29,940 bases of DNA from Promethearchaeati archaeon (lineage in GTDB: Archaea > Asgardarchaeota > Heimdallarchaeia > JABLTI01). Positions 1 through 9,212 of the stretch are shown here, one piece after another; position 1 is the stretch's first letter; the number at the start of each line of letters is the position of its first letter. Made by a program: the position numbers and the translations under genes. The notes below the pieces were generated by a model. The model was given only the letters and a program-made list of their open reading frames with translations. It made no database searches and had not been told where the DNA came from. The stretch is taken from the NCBI GenBank assembly GCA_013166835.1, contig JABLTI010000023.1:1-29940 (forward strand). Direction: 5' to 3'.

Positions 1-39
1 AAAAAAAAAGAGTCGAAAAGCATGAAGAAAACTTCATGC
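1..39 (-). terminator. Putative intrinsic terminator of the hydrogenase operon (8-bp hairpin followed by U-rich tract)
   Basis: Perfect inverted repeat GCATGAAG-AAAA-CTTCATGC at 20-39, 22 nt past the last stop codon (62-64). On the minus strand it is followed by TTTTCGACTC and a T9 run (1-9). Confidence 0.7.
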
Positions 40-61
40 AGTTCTTATTTTTACAGTTTAA

Positions 62-1591
62 TTATATGCCCAATAAAGCGATCGCAGCATTGTTTGCTAG
101 ATCTGAGAACACGAAGGGTGCTACTCCAACTACGAGTAATAAAACCACCATCACCACAAGGGGAACAGCGATTTCGACAGGAGTTTCTTTAACATCTTTC
201 AATTGGTCTCCGGGTTCTTTGAACCAGAGTCTTTGTAAGACGAGAAGATAGTAAACTACACTGACGACACTCGAGAGTAGGAATAAGGCTACTCCAACGT
301 AGTACTGTGGATCTCCACTACCGACTGCAGCTACAACCATGTTAAGCTTGCTCCAGAAACCTGGAAGAGGTGGAACACCAGCCAAACTCAACAGTGCGAT
401 TGTTAGCGCTCCAACGGTAATAGGCATCTTCTTACCAATTCCTTCTAGTTGATCCAATTCTCTGTTATGGAAACGATACAAGATAGCGCCTGCGCAGAGA
501 AATGCAAGTCCTTTCCCAAGTGCATGAGTAAAGATGTGGAAATAACCACCTTGCACACCAAGTGCAGCAGCATCTGCATTTATGCCAGACATGGACATAG
601 AGAGTCCGAAGAGGATGAAACCAACGTTTAGGATGGTCGAGAATGCCAGCAAACGCTTAATATCGGTTTGCCGTAGAGCCATGAGGTTACCTACAAGCAT
701 TGTGACTATTGCTAACCAGAGCAGAACGAAACCAACGGTATTTGTACTTGTGAAGAATGTTGAGAGAGTGTTTGTCAATCCAAACATACCTGTCATGATA
801 ACGACACCTGATAGCATAGCACTGATTCCGCTTGGAGCGGCTGGGTGTGCATCAGGGAGCCAAGTGTGCAACGGAATGATAGCTGCTTTTACACCGAAGC
901 CAATTATTAGACAGATAATGATGACAACATGAACTCCTCCAAGTGTGGCTCCACTCAAGAGTGTGCCAATCACTGCAATGTTTAAGGTTCCTGTGATACC
1001 ATAGAGTAAGCTCATACCAAAGAGTAGAATAACGCTGCCGAAAGCACTCATGAAGAGATACTTTATGCCAGCCTCAATTGGTTCTGGTTCTTCTTTTCTG
1101 AATGAAACTAAGACATAGCTTGCAATGCTCATGAATTCCCAGAAGATGAACAAGGTAAGTAGATCACCGGCAACGACCACACCAATCATACCTGCAACTA
1201 ATAATAGTAAGAGCAAGTAGTATCGGTCTAATCTGTCATCGCGATCCATATACTTGATTGAGTAGATGGAAACTATTGAACCTAATAGAGTGAAGACTAG
1301 CATAAACCACCATGTTAGTTGGTCTATTCTAAAGATAGTATAAATTCCTTCACTGTAGTTTGTTCCTGTTATTTGTAAGTAGAGATCTGCTGGGTCTATT
1401 CCTAAGGGTGCCATGATTCGTCCATAGAAGGATATGATTAATCCTAGTACTGCTAGGAAGCTGACATTCGCAATTATGGCGTAGAGTAGATTCATCCCTG
1501 CTGTTTCTTTCTTAACAAATCTTCCAATTAGACCTATTATGATTGCTCCAGCAATGAGGATGATTATGGGTAGTAAGTATAGTATATTCAT
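62..1591 (-). CDS. Antiporter-like proton-translocating subunit (NuoN position; MrpD/NuoN family)
   Basis: 509 aa, very hydrophobic. Motifs FIFWEFMS, EAGIKYL, KAAIIPLHTWLPDAHPAAP, DIKRLLAFST, SLAGVPPLPGFWSK. Last gene of the operon. Confidence 0.9.
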   Translation of the reverse strand: MNILYLLPIIILIAGAIIIGLIGRFVKKETAGMNLLYAIIANVSFLAVLGLIISFYGRIMAPLGIDPADLYLQITGTNYSEGIYTIFRIDQLTWWFMLVFTLLGSIVSIYSIKYMDRDDRLDRYYLLLLLLVAGMIGVVVAGDLLTLFIFWEFMSIASYVLVSFRKEEPEPIEAGIKYLFMSAFGSVILLFGMSLLYGITGTLNIAVIGTLLSGATLGGVHVVIIICLIIGFGVKAAIIPLHTWLPDAHPAAPSGISAMLSGVVIMTGMFGLTNTLSTFFTSTNTVGFVLLWLAIVTMLVGNLMALRQTDIKRLLAFSTILNVGFILFGLSMSMSGINADAAALGVQGGYFHIFTHALGKGLAFLCAGAILYRFHNRELDQLEGIGKKMPITVGALTIALLSLAGVPPLPGFWSKLNMVVAAVGSGDPQYYVGVALFLLSSVVSVVYYLLVLQRLWFKEPGDQLKDVKETPVEIAVPLVVMVVLLLVVGVAPFVFSDLANNAAIALLGI

Positions 1592-1598
1592 TGTCTCT

Positions 1599-3110
1599 TT
1601 AACCTCCTATGTATGTAGCTATGAAGGTCAGCACGCTGTTTGGTAAGATACCAATAACGAAGCTCAAGATTGCTAGGATAACCAATGGTACCCACATGTA
1701 TGGGCTTGGATCTTTAACATCCTTGAATTCCTCTTTTGGTGGTCCCAAAAAGACGTTCTTCATGAACAGCAAGACATAAGTTGCTGTCAGAGCTGTTGAT
1801 AGTATTGCAAAAATCATTGCAACGATACCAAGAGCGCCCGAAGTTGGACCTAATTTAGCTAATTCTAATCCACCACCAAAGATAATCCATTCTGACATGA
1901 ATCCTGATAGCGGTGGCATTCCTGCAAGGCTTAACGCAGCAATGAGCGCCACTATAGCCGTGATAGGCATTTTGAGCCCAAGACCGCCTAGTTTCTTAAT
2001 ATCTCTTCCTTTTTTGTGGCCGATCTGTGTCATAAGTATACCAGCGACCATAAACAAGGATCCTTTCGCGAGTGCATGGCTGACGATGTGGAACATTGAA
2101 CCTGTAGAACCAAATAATGTGAAGGTTCCTAGACCGAAGAAGATGTAACCCATCTGTGAAATAGATGAAAAGGCAAACAACCTCTTGGTGTCCTTTTGTG
2201 CAAGTGCCATGAGTCCTCCGTAGAACATAGTAAAGACTGCGAAACCAATCAATACCCAACGCATCCAGCCACCCATTCCGGGCTCACCAATGATGTTTTG
2301 ACAGATTCTGAGAATAGCATATGCTGCTGTCTCGATCATGACACCACTGAGTATTGCACTAATGGGAGTTGGTGCTTCACCATGAGTATCTGGTAACCAG
2401 GTGTGAATTGGAAAGATTGCCATTTTCACACTGAATCCAAGGATTAAGAGAATAGTTAGTAGTCTAATGATGGTTGATGATGCTGATATTCCTCCTGCAA
2501 TTAATGTAGCAATATTGAAACTTCCACCAAAGGCCCAGAGACCACCAATTCCTATGAGAATCGCCATCGCTCCAACATGTGTAAAGATGAAGTATTTGAA
2601 AGCAATTTTCACTGAATTCGGTTTTGATCCCCATTTTGCTATGATGAAGTATGAGGGTATTAGCATGAGTTCCCAGAAAACATAGAATTGTACCAAGTCT
2701 CCTGCGAGAACTACTCCAACCATTCCAGCTATATAGAGTACTAATAGGGCGTAGTATCCACCTTGACTTTCTTCCTTCTTCATGTATCCGAAGCTGTACA
2801 TTATTGCTGCTAAGGATAGGATGAAGATTATTGCAGCCATTACAAAGCTTAGATTATCAGCGACTAGCGAGAAGCCGATATCTACATTTTTTCCACCGAT
2901 TGAGAAACTTATCCAGTCCCAACCTAAGAAGACATGCTCACCTGTTGAGAGAACGTCTCCTAGTGTCAAAGCAAAGAATACTGCAGCTGTAAGGGTTAAA
3001 ATAAAGGCAGACCATTTTGCTGCTTTATCATTCCACTTTCCTAGGAGGAATACAACGATTGGTGCTCCGAGGAGTATTCCCATCGAAATCATTAATGTTG
3101 AAGTAAACAT
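1599..3110 (-). CDS. nuoM: NuoM-like antiporter subunit
   Basis: 503 aa. Motifs FYVFWELMLIPSYF, KMAIFPIHTWLPDTHGEAPTP, AFSSISQMG, GMPPLSGFMSE. Confidence 0.88.
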   Translation of the reverse strand: MFTSTLMISMGILLGAPIVVFLLGKWNDKAAKWSAFILTLTAAVFFALTLGDVLSTGEHVFLGWDWISFSIGGKNVDIGFSLVADNLSFVMAAIIFILSLAAIMYSFGYMKKEESQGGYYALLVLYIAGMVGVVLAGDLVQFYVFWELMLIPSYFIIAKWGSKPNSVKIAFKYFIFTHVGAMAILIGIGGLWAFGGSFNIATLIAGGISASSTIIRLLTILLILGFSVKMAIFPIHTWLPDTHGEAPTPISAILSGVMIETAAYAILRICQNIIGEPGMGGWMRWVLIGFAVFTMFYGGLMALAQKDTKRLFAFSSISQMGYIFFGLGTFTLFGSTGSMFHIVSHALAKGSLFMVAGILMTQIGHKKGRDIKKLGGLGLKMPITAIVALIAALSLAGMPPLSGFMSEWIIFGGGLELAKLGPTSGALGIVAMIFAILSTALTATYVLLFMKNVFLGPPKEEFKDVKDPSPYMWVPLVILAILSFVIGILPNSVLTFIATYIGG

Positions 3111-3126
3111 TTTGTTCTTTTTCCTC

Positions 3127-5253
3127 CTATAGTGTGAATAATAATACTGCCAGTAGGACTATTGCTCCTAGTAGCATGTAAATGAAGTTCACTGAAAGTA
3201 TCCCTGTGTGGGTCTTTCTAAAGACTTCACCCGACTTCATGGTTCCGTCAGCGATGACGTAATTTGCTCCGTCAATCACTTTCAGGTCGAAGTATTCATA
3301 ACTCAATTCTGCGAATCGTTTGAATTTTCGTAAGCACCTATAAATTGCGATGTTCATGTACCATCTTTTAGCGAAGAAGGTAGTAATTCCATGCATAACT
3401 TTGTTTTCTTGAACTTTCTTGGCATCCCATTTTCTAGCTATGTAGAACATATATCCAAACAGGAAACCAGCTCCTAATGCTAAAACAGTAGCTAGGAAGG
3501 TCCAGGATCCAAAAGTATGACGTAAGAATTCGCCATAATGTATAGGTGTTTGTTCTGCTGTCCATGATGCTGACGCGAACCAGATATTTCTTGTGAGGAA
3601 ATTCTCCACTATTGGTGTGAGGAAGCCCATCACAATGGTTCCACCAGCTAATATCCATAATGGAATCCACATTGATTTGCTTGGTTTATGTAAGTGACCA
3701 CCTTGTTCTTTCTCTGCCTTTTTGACATTATCTGATTTTTCACCGAGGAATGTATATCCAATAAATCTTAGTGTATAGAACAATGTCATAGCAGCTGCGA
3801 TAGCAGCAACAACTAGGAAGATTATTCCAGCTGGATTATGTTCAACATGCCATAATTCCCAGCATGCTCCAAAGACTGATTCTTTACTGAAGAATCCACC
3901 TAATATTGGAATTCCAGAAAGTGATAAGCCTCCTATTAGCATTGGCCAAAAGACTTTGGGCATTTCTTTCCTTATGCCACCCATTTCATCCACGTATTTC
4001 GTATGCACCGAATGTATAATTGCTCCTGCTGAAAGGAACAACAACCCTTTGAATACTGCGTGAGATAACATGTGGAATGATCCAGCAAAGTAACCTGTAT
4101 AACCTTCTCCAGGTCCAATTAATCCACCAGCTCCCAAACCCAGGAACATATACCCGAGTTGTGATATGGTGCTGAAAGCTAGAATCTTCTTCAGTTCCAG
4201 GTTTGCCATACCCATTGTCGCTGCCATTAAAGCAGTGAATGCTCCAACTGCTGCTACAACTAGGAAGTAAATCTGTAATGAGTCAATGTGTAAATCATGT
4301 AAACCCATGTACCACATTGGAAATGTTCTGCCAACAATGAAGACACCAGCTTTGACCATTGCAGCAGCATGTATTAGTGCTGAAACAGTCGTTGGGCCTG
4401 CCATTGCTTCTGGTAACCAGAATTGCAGTGGGAATTGGGCTGATTTACCTATTGCTCCACCAAAGATCAAGATTGCTGTTAGTACTAGCAATCCAGGATT
4501 CATTGCAGTCATCCAGGAAGTATTGTTTAAAAGATACATGTAGTTGAAAGTTCCTGCATTGAAGAACAATATCAATATACCAGCCAACATTGCAACATCA
4601 CCAATTCTTGTTGTGATGAATGCTTTGAGACCAGCATGAGAGTTGTAATCACCCTCTGTTTCTTCTTTTATGGTTATTTCTCGTGGATCTTGCTTACCCT
4701 TCTTGTTAAAGAAGTAACCGATCAGAGCGTATGAACAGAAACCAACGATTTCCCAGCCAACAAAGGTTTGGAAGAAGTTGTTTGCCATTACAAGGAAGAC
4801 CATTCCTCCAATGAATGTCTGCATCAAGAACCAGTATCGGTCAAGATGTTTGTCTCCTTTCATATAGCCTACACCAAAAATCATGATCATTGTTCCTACA
4901 CCAGTAGCAAAGCAAGCAATCATAACGTTCAGCGGATCGACTAATACACCAAATTCAACTACATAATCTGCGGTTGACCCGAGCATGTTTTTGAGTCCAA
5001 AGAACCATTCTGTTTGGAATAATTCTGTACCGGAATTATCTACACCGTAAATATCTACAACTAATAGTATGCTGAAGAGAAATGCGATGAATGAGGTTGC
5101 TGTTGCCATCCAATTGCGGACAAAATACATTCCTTTCTTTGCTCCGCCGTCTTTTAGCTTTCCAGCAATGCACCCAATAACTGGAGTGATTAATGCTCCT
5201 GCGAGGGGGATAGCCCAGTTCATTATAGCAGCTGAAGGTAATAATAAAGCCAT
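3127..5253 (-). CDS. nuoL: NuoL-like antiporter subunit with long C-terminal (lateral helix) region
   Basis: 708 aa. Motifs GWEIVGFCSYALIG, KAFITTRIGD, GKSAQFPLQFWLPEAMAGPTTVSALIHAAAMVKAG, STISQLGYM, and a NuoL-like tail (FDLKVIDG...HTG). Confidence 0.93.
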   Translation of the reverse strand: MALLLPSAAIMNWAIPLAGALITPVIGCIAGKLKDGGAKKGMYFVRNWMATATSFIAFLFSILLVVDIYGVDNSGTELFQTEWFFGLKNMLGSTADYVVEFGVLVDPLNVMIACFATGVGTMIMIFGVGYMKGDKHLDRYWFLMQTFIGGMVFLVMANNFFQTFVGWEIVGFCSYALIGYFFNKKGKQDPREITIKEETEGDYNSHAGLKAFITTRIGDVAMLAGILILFFNAGTFNYMYLLNNTSWMTAMNPGLLVLTAILIFGGAIGKSAQFPLQFWLPEAMAGPTTVSALIHAAAMVKAGVFIVGRTFPMWYMGLHDLHIDSLQIYFLVVAAVGAFTALMAATMGMANLELKKILAFSTISQLGYMFLGLGAGGLIGPGEGYTGYFAGSFHMLSHAVFKGLLFLSAGAIIHSVHTKYVDEMGGIRKEMPKVFWPMLIGGLSLSGIPILGGFFSKESVFGACWELWHVEHNPAGIIFLVVAAIAAAMTLFYTLRFIGYTFLGEKSDNVKKAEKEQGGHLHKPSKSMWIPLWILAGGTIVMGFLTPIVENFLTRNIWFASASWTAEQTPIHYGEFLRHTFGSWTFLATVLALGAGFLFGYMFYIARKWDAKKVQENKVMHGITTFFAKRWYMNIAIYRCLRKFKRFAELSYEYFDLKVIDGANYVIADGTMKSGEVFRKTHTGILSVNFIYMLLGAIVLLAVLLFTL

Positions 5254-5266
5254 AGTTTTGTATCTC

Positions 5267-5599
5267 CTAATATTTCAATTGGTTAAGTCTGCGAGAATTC
5301 AATGTGGCATGAATCCTATAGGCTTGAATTATCAAGGCTAAGGCAACGCCAGCTACACATCCACCTACACATATGCTGAGAATGACCACAGCATGTGGCA
5401 ATGGATCGACTACAACACCTGTTGAAAAGATGTTTGAAAACGCGATAAAGTTCAAATGTCCTGCATCAAGCAAGAGCTCGATAGCGATCAAGAATTTGAT
5501 CATGTTTTGTTTAGTTGTTAACGCATAGATTCCGATAGCAAGTAATGCTACAGAGAATGCTAGAATAATGTATATATTATCAAATGGAATTGCAGACAT
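5267..5599 (-). CDS. nuoK: NuoK/MrpC-like small membrane subunit
   Basis: Motif IGIYALTTKQNMIKFLIAIELL; three TM segments. Start moved to the ATG at 5599 (MSAIPF..., 110 aa), preceded by purine-rich GAGGAGGAAGGA and 1 nt after the upstream stop. Confidence 0.88.
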   Translation of the reverse strand: MSAIPFDNIYIILAFSVALLAIGIYALTTKQNMIKFLIAIELLLDAGHLNFIAFSNIFSTGVVVDPLPHAVVILSICVGGCVAGVALALIIQAYRIHATLNSRRLNQLKY

Positions 5600-5600
5600 G

Positions 5601-6023
5601 TTATCCTTCCTCCTCAACTGCGTCATCGGCACCTTTTTCTTCCAAAATGATGAATTTGTCTGTTTCACACATTTCCTTTCGGAATTCACCACATTGTTCT
5701 TCAATACCTTTGACAACTGTTGCTGCTGATTCAGAAGCAACAAATAACATGATGCCCATTATGATAATATCAACACCTTTCGCTTCCCAGAGTAGTACTC
5801 CAACTAATCTTCCAACATTTTTGAATGGAGTAGTTGAGTTTGTGATATCTGTAAATTGATATCCATCATCTCTGGAATCATCATCTGTGTCATCTAATCG
5901 TAAACCGTTGGTATTCAATGGATCATTGAAGTCCTTTAAACTAAACATTAACAAGCCATAAACTCCAAGAACTAGCACAATGCCAGAAAAGACAATAAGC
6001 ATATTTCTTACTTTTCTATTCAT
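5601..6023 (-). CDS. Small two-TM subunit, MbhE/MnhB-N-like (equivalent to the C-terminal half of a split NuoJ)
   Basis: 140 aa: N-terminal TM, Asp-rich loop, then VGVLLWEAKGVDIIIMGIMLFVA resembling the LWxxRGxD motif. 4-nt overlap with the upstream gene; lies between J and K. Confidence 0.65.
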   Translation of the reverse strand: MNRKVRNMLIVFSGIVLVLGVYGLLMFSLKDFNDPLNTNGLRLDDTDDDSRDDGYQFTDITNSTTPFKNVGRLVGVLLWEAKGVDIIIMGIMLFVASESAATVVKGIEEQCGEFRKEMCETDKFIILEEKGADDAVEEEG

Positions 6024-6334
6024 GATGTGCTTTCCTCCTTAGTGTCTTCAGCCTCGAATAGTTTGTCTAAATCCTCGACTGGTTCACCAGATTCGAAACG
6101 CTCAGTTAAAGCTACAGTAGAAATCAACAAAACTGTGACCGCTCCACCGTAGATCATTAGCTGAAATAGAGCAACCCACGGAGCGTTTAGGATCCAGAAG
6201 ACTCCTGCTAAGGCTATGCTTAAGATTGCAAGTGAGATTGCTGCGTAAATTAAATCACGCAACTCTATTGCAAAAACTGCTGCGATAACCACAACACAGA
6301 GTAAAATGATCAATATTATACTATTTGCATCCAT
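6020..6334 (-). CDS. NuoJ N-terminal half / MbhD-like three-TM subunit
   Basis: 104 aa. LNAPWVALFQLMIYGGAVTVLL matches the NuoJ/ND6 QxxxYxGAxxVL motif; the C-terminal NuoJ helices are absent. Confidence 0.8.
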   Translation of the reverse strand: MDANSIILIILLCVVVIAAVFAIELRDLIYAAISLAILSIALAGVFWILNAPWVALFQLMIYGGAVTVLLISTVALTERFESGEPVEDLDKLFEAEDTKEESTS

Positions 6335-6354
6335 ATTTTTTTACACATCCTTAT

Positions 6355-6375
6355 TGTGTCACTCGTGTGTCACTC
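6355..6375. repeat. Tandem 10-bp direct repeat TGTGTCACTC (11-bp period) in the nuoI-nuoJ spacer
   Basis: TGTGTCACTC at 6355-6364 and again at 6366-6375. Confidence 0.8.
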
Positions 6376-6804
6376 TTAGCTTTGTTCCTCCTTTGCTGCC
6401 GCTTCTCTAGCTGTTTTTGCAGTTGCGACTTGCTCATCAGTTTCCTTCGAATAAATGACCATATTTTTCGGATCGAAGGCTGACAATTCGATGTAATCAG
6501 TTAGAACTAATGCATCATATCTGCATGCTTCTTCACAGAGACCACAGAAGATACATTCGCCAAGATTAATCACGGGTCTTCTCCCTGTTTTGGTAACTTC
6601 TGAAGGAACCATTTCTATCGCAAGTGATGGGCAAGCACGTTCACAAGCTCTGCAACCTGTGCAGGCTACGAGGTCTAAGTAGTGTGCTCCTCTAAGTCCT
6701 ACTGCTGGTTTGATTCCAGCTTCGAAGGGATAAATGATGGTTGCTTTCTTTTTACTGAAAGCGTTCTTCAATGCTTCCCAAATTATAACTGCGGGTCTTG
6801 TCAT
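6376..6804 (-). CDS. nuoI: NuoI-like 2x[4Fe-4S] ferredoxin subunit
   Basis: TIIYPFE, LRGAH, CTGCRACERACP and CIFCGLCEEACR. Confidence 0.92.
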   Translation of the reverse strand: MTRPAVIIWEALKNAFSKKKATIIYPFEAGIKPAVGLRGAHYLDLVACTGCRACERACPSLAIEMVPSEVTKTGRRPVINLGECIFCGLCEEACRYDALVLTDYIELSAFDPKNMVIYSKETDEQVATAKTAREAAAKEEQS

Positions 6805-6822
6805 TTGTCTCGTAATCCTCCT

Positions 6823-7944
6823 TCACGTCACGAATAGGTTTTCCCATCTGTTCCAGAGGACCCCATCTAACCAAGGGACCCAGAAGAGGGATACGATAAT
6901 TAATCCAAGACTTACAGGGATTAACCATTTCCATGAAAATTCTAAGAATTGTTCAATTCGTAATCTAGCCATTAAAGCTCTAAAAATTGATAGAACAATA
7001 ACAATTAGAGTTGTCTTTATTGCAAACATTAAGACATAATATCCGATACGTATAGCAGCTACCCATACTAATCCAGACGGATCAGCTAAAGTTGCACCTG
7101 TAGCTAACCAATCAGCAAACGAGGGTATCCACATTTCAACTCCTATGGGACCACCGAGAAATAGTGCGGTTGCGATTCCAGCACCGTAAACCATCTGTAA
7201 ATCTATAGAGAGACGGAAGAATGCTAGTTTCTTACCGGAATATTCTACTTCCCATCCTCCAACAATTTCTGTTTCAGCTGTTGGAATGTCAAATGGACTG
7301 CGTTCTAATTCTGCTTGTGTTGATAACAAGAAGATCAAGAAGAAACAGAACATTGGAAAGCTGAATACTACTGGTCGATGACTTGCGAGTTGCCAATTTA
7401 CTATTCCTGCGACAGATAATTCTGAAGTTCGTAATGCTACTGCAAACATAGCTAAGAGAATTGGTATCTCATAACTCAATAATTGTGACGCAGCACGCAT
7501 TGTTCCAGGCATTGCTAATCTATTTGCAGAAAACCATCCAGCTAAGTAAACCAAAACAGCAATAATTGTAGTAATAAATGCAAGTAAGAGTATGTCTCCT
7601 TCGAATGAGATTATTCCTCTTGTTCCTACTATTGGCACAAACAATAGTGCTACTAGTGGAAGCGTGAGTGAGAGTACTGCGGTGAATCTCATACCCCATT
7701 TATCAGCTGCTGCTGGTTCGATGTCTTCATTAGACAATAGTTTCAAGAAATCTGCTAGTGGTTGCAAAATACCTTTGAATCCAGTATGTAAAGGACCGAT
7801 TCTGTCTTGCAGGGCTGCATAGAACTTTCTATCAATCCACTCATCAAATAAAGCAATAGATACACAGAATCCTATGCCAGGGAAGAAAAGTATCCCCAAT
7901 ATTGTTAATAACCAAATAACCCATTCTTGCATCATTTCTTCCAT
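6823..7944 (-). CDS. nuoH: NuoH-like membrane anchor subunit
   Basis: DRKFYAALQDRIGP, LQPLADFLKLL, MRAASQLLSYE, ERSPFDIPTAETEIVGGWEVEYSG, RLRIEQ. Exact start among the tandem Met codons is uncertain. Confidence 0.93.
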   Translation of the reverse strand: MEEMMQEWVIWLLTILGILFFPGIGFCVSIALFDEWIDRKFYAALQDRIGPLHTGFKGILQPLADFLKLLSNEDIEPAAADKWGMRFTAVLSLTLPLVALLFVPIVGTRGIISFEGDILLLAFITTIIAVLVYLAGWFSANRLAMPGTMRAASQLLSYEIPILLAMFAVALRTSELSVAGIVNWQLASHRPVVFSFPMFCFFLIFLLSTQAELERSPFDIPTAETEIVGGWEVEYSGKKLAFFRLSIDLQMVYGAGIATALFLGGPIGVEMWIPSFADWLATGATLADPSGLVWVAAIRIGYYVLMFAIKTTLIVIVLSIFRALMARLRIEQFLEFSWKWLIPVSLGLIIVSLFWVPWLDGVLWNRWENLFVT

Positions 7945-9203
7945 CCTTTGTTGTCATACCATTTTTTGCGGTATTTTCTTAGGTGATCCATGTCCCATGT
8001 CCAAACTTTTGGTTTTCTTCGGTCATTGTTAACTACTGTTATCATCCTGTCTTCACAACTGAAGCAAGGATCGATTGATGCTAGTGAAATTACTGAGTCT
8101 GCTATGTAATCTCCTTTCAACATTTCTGAGACTGAAAGGATGTTTGCGAGTGTTGGAGTTGTGATTTTCAATCGATATGGTTTGTTTGTATCATTTGACC
8201 AAAGGTAATGAATCAATTCCCCTCTTGGTGGCTCTGTTCTGGATAGAACTTGTGCTGTAGGTACCTTTCGTGGTGGTTTTGTAAAGATAGGTCCATCGGG
8301 TAGGTTTGCTAGTAACCATTTGACGTATTTCACAGCTTCCACTGTCTCAAGTAATCTTACAACAACTCGAGAGAATACATCATTGGTGTCATAAGTTATG
8401 ACGTTGAAGATATCTCGTAATCCTGTTCCATAAGAGGAATACGGATCGTCCCAGCGAACATCTATTTTTATGCCTGAAGCACGAGCAGTTGGACCAACCG
8501 CACATAATTCTTTTGCTTTACTTGGTAATAAAATACCAATGCCTTGAGTTCGCATACGGATTGTATCTTCTTTTAAGCAAATATCGATATATCTTCCTAA
8601 CCGTTCCATTGTAAGATCCATGTATTTGTTCATAAGATCGATTTGTCTTTGGTTAAGATCTCTTCGAGTTCCACCAATTTCATTGATACCGTAGTTTACT
8701 CTGTTGCCTGAAATGTCTTCAAGAATGTCCATAGTTAATTCTCGATCTCTCCATGATAACATAAAGAGGGTATCAAAACCGATTTCATGAGCTGCAACAC
8801 CTAACCAGAGAATGTGACTGTGAATTCTTTCTAATTCCAGCACGATTGTTCTGATGTATTGGGCTCTTTCTGGAACTTCAAAACCTTCCAATGCAAGAGC
8901 TGTTTCTGTTGCGTTTGCTAATGAGACCGAATGGACGTGGCTACAAATTCCACAAACTCTCTCAACTAGAGTGAGATTTGCTGAATAAGTTTTTGTTTCC
9001 GCGAGTTTCTCGATTCCTCGATGAACATAACCAATACGTGGGGTTGCATTGACGATCACTTCACCTTCAATCTCTAAGAGAAAGTGGGTGGGTTCTTTCA
9101 ATGCTGGATGTTGTGGTCCTAAGGGGATTTCCATAGTTTGGGGCATACATGAAGCACATCCAGTTTCTGGAGCTGCGACTTTGACTTTTTTCTTTTCTGC
9201 CAA
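7932..9203 (-). CDS. Group 4 [NiFe]-hydrogenase large (catalytic) subunit, NuoD homolog
   Basis: GPQHP, GYVHRGIEK, L1 ERVCGICSHVH, ELERIHSH, EPPRGE, L2 DPCFSCEDR followed by a 37-aa extension. TTG start with GAGGTGA Shine-Dalgarno. Confidence 0.95.
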   Translation of the reverse strand: MAEKKKVKVAAPETGCASCMPQTMEIPLGPQHPALKEPTHFLLEIEGEVIVNATPRIGYVHRGIEKLAETKTYSANLTLVERVCGICSHVHSVSLANATETALALEGFEVPERAQYIRTIVLELERIHSHILWLGVAAHEIGFDTLFMLSWRDRELTMDILEDISGNRVNYGINEIGGTRRDLNQRQIDLMNKYMDLTMERLGRYIDICLKEDTIRMRTQGIGILLPSKAKELCAVGPTARASGIKIDVRWDDPYSSYGTGLRDIFNVITYDTNDVFSRVVVRLLETVEAVKYVKWLLANLPDGPIFTKPPRKVPTAQVLSRTEPPRGELIHYLWSNDTNKPYRLKITTPTLANILSVSEMLKGDYIADSVISLASIDPCFSCEDRMITVVNNDRRKPKVWTWDMDHLRKYRKKWYDNKGWKK

Positions 9204-9212
9204 ACTATCACC

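Noticed and set aside
5600-5743. 48-aa N-terminal extension of the NuoK ORF in the ORF track
   Set aside because: It overlaps the upstream gene in another frame. The ATG at 5599 has an SD and gives a normal-sized NuoK.
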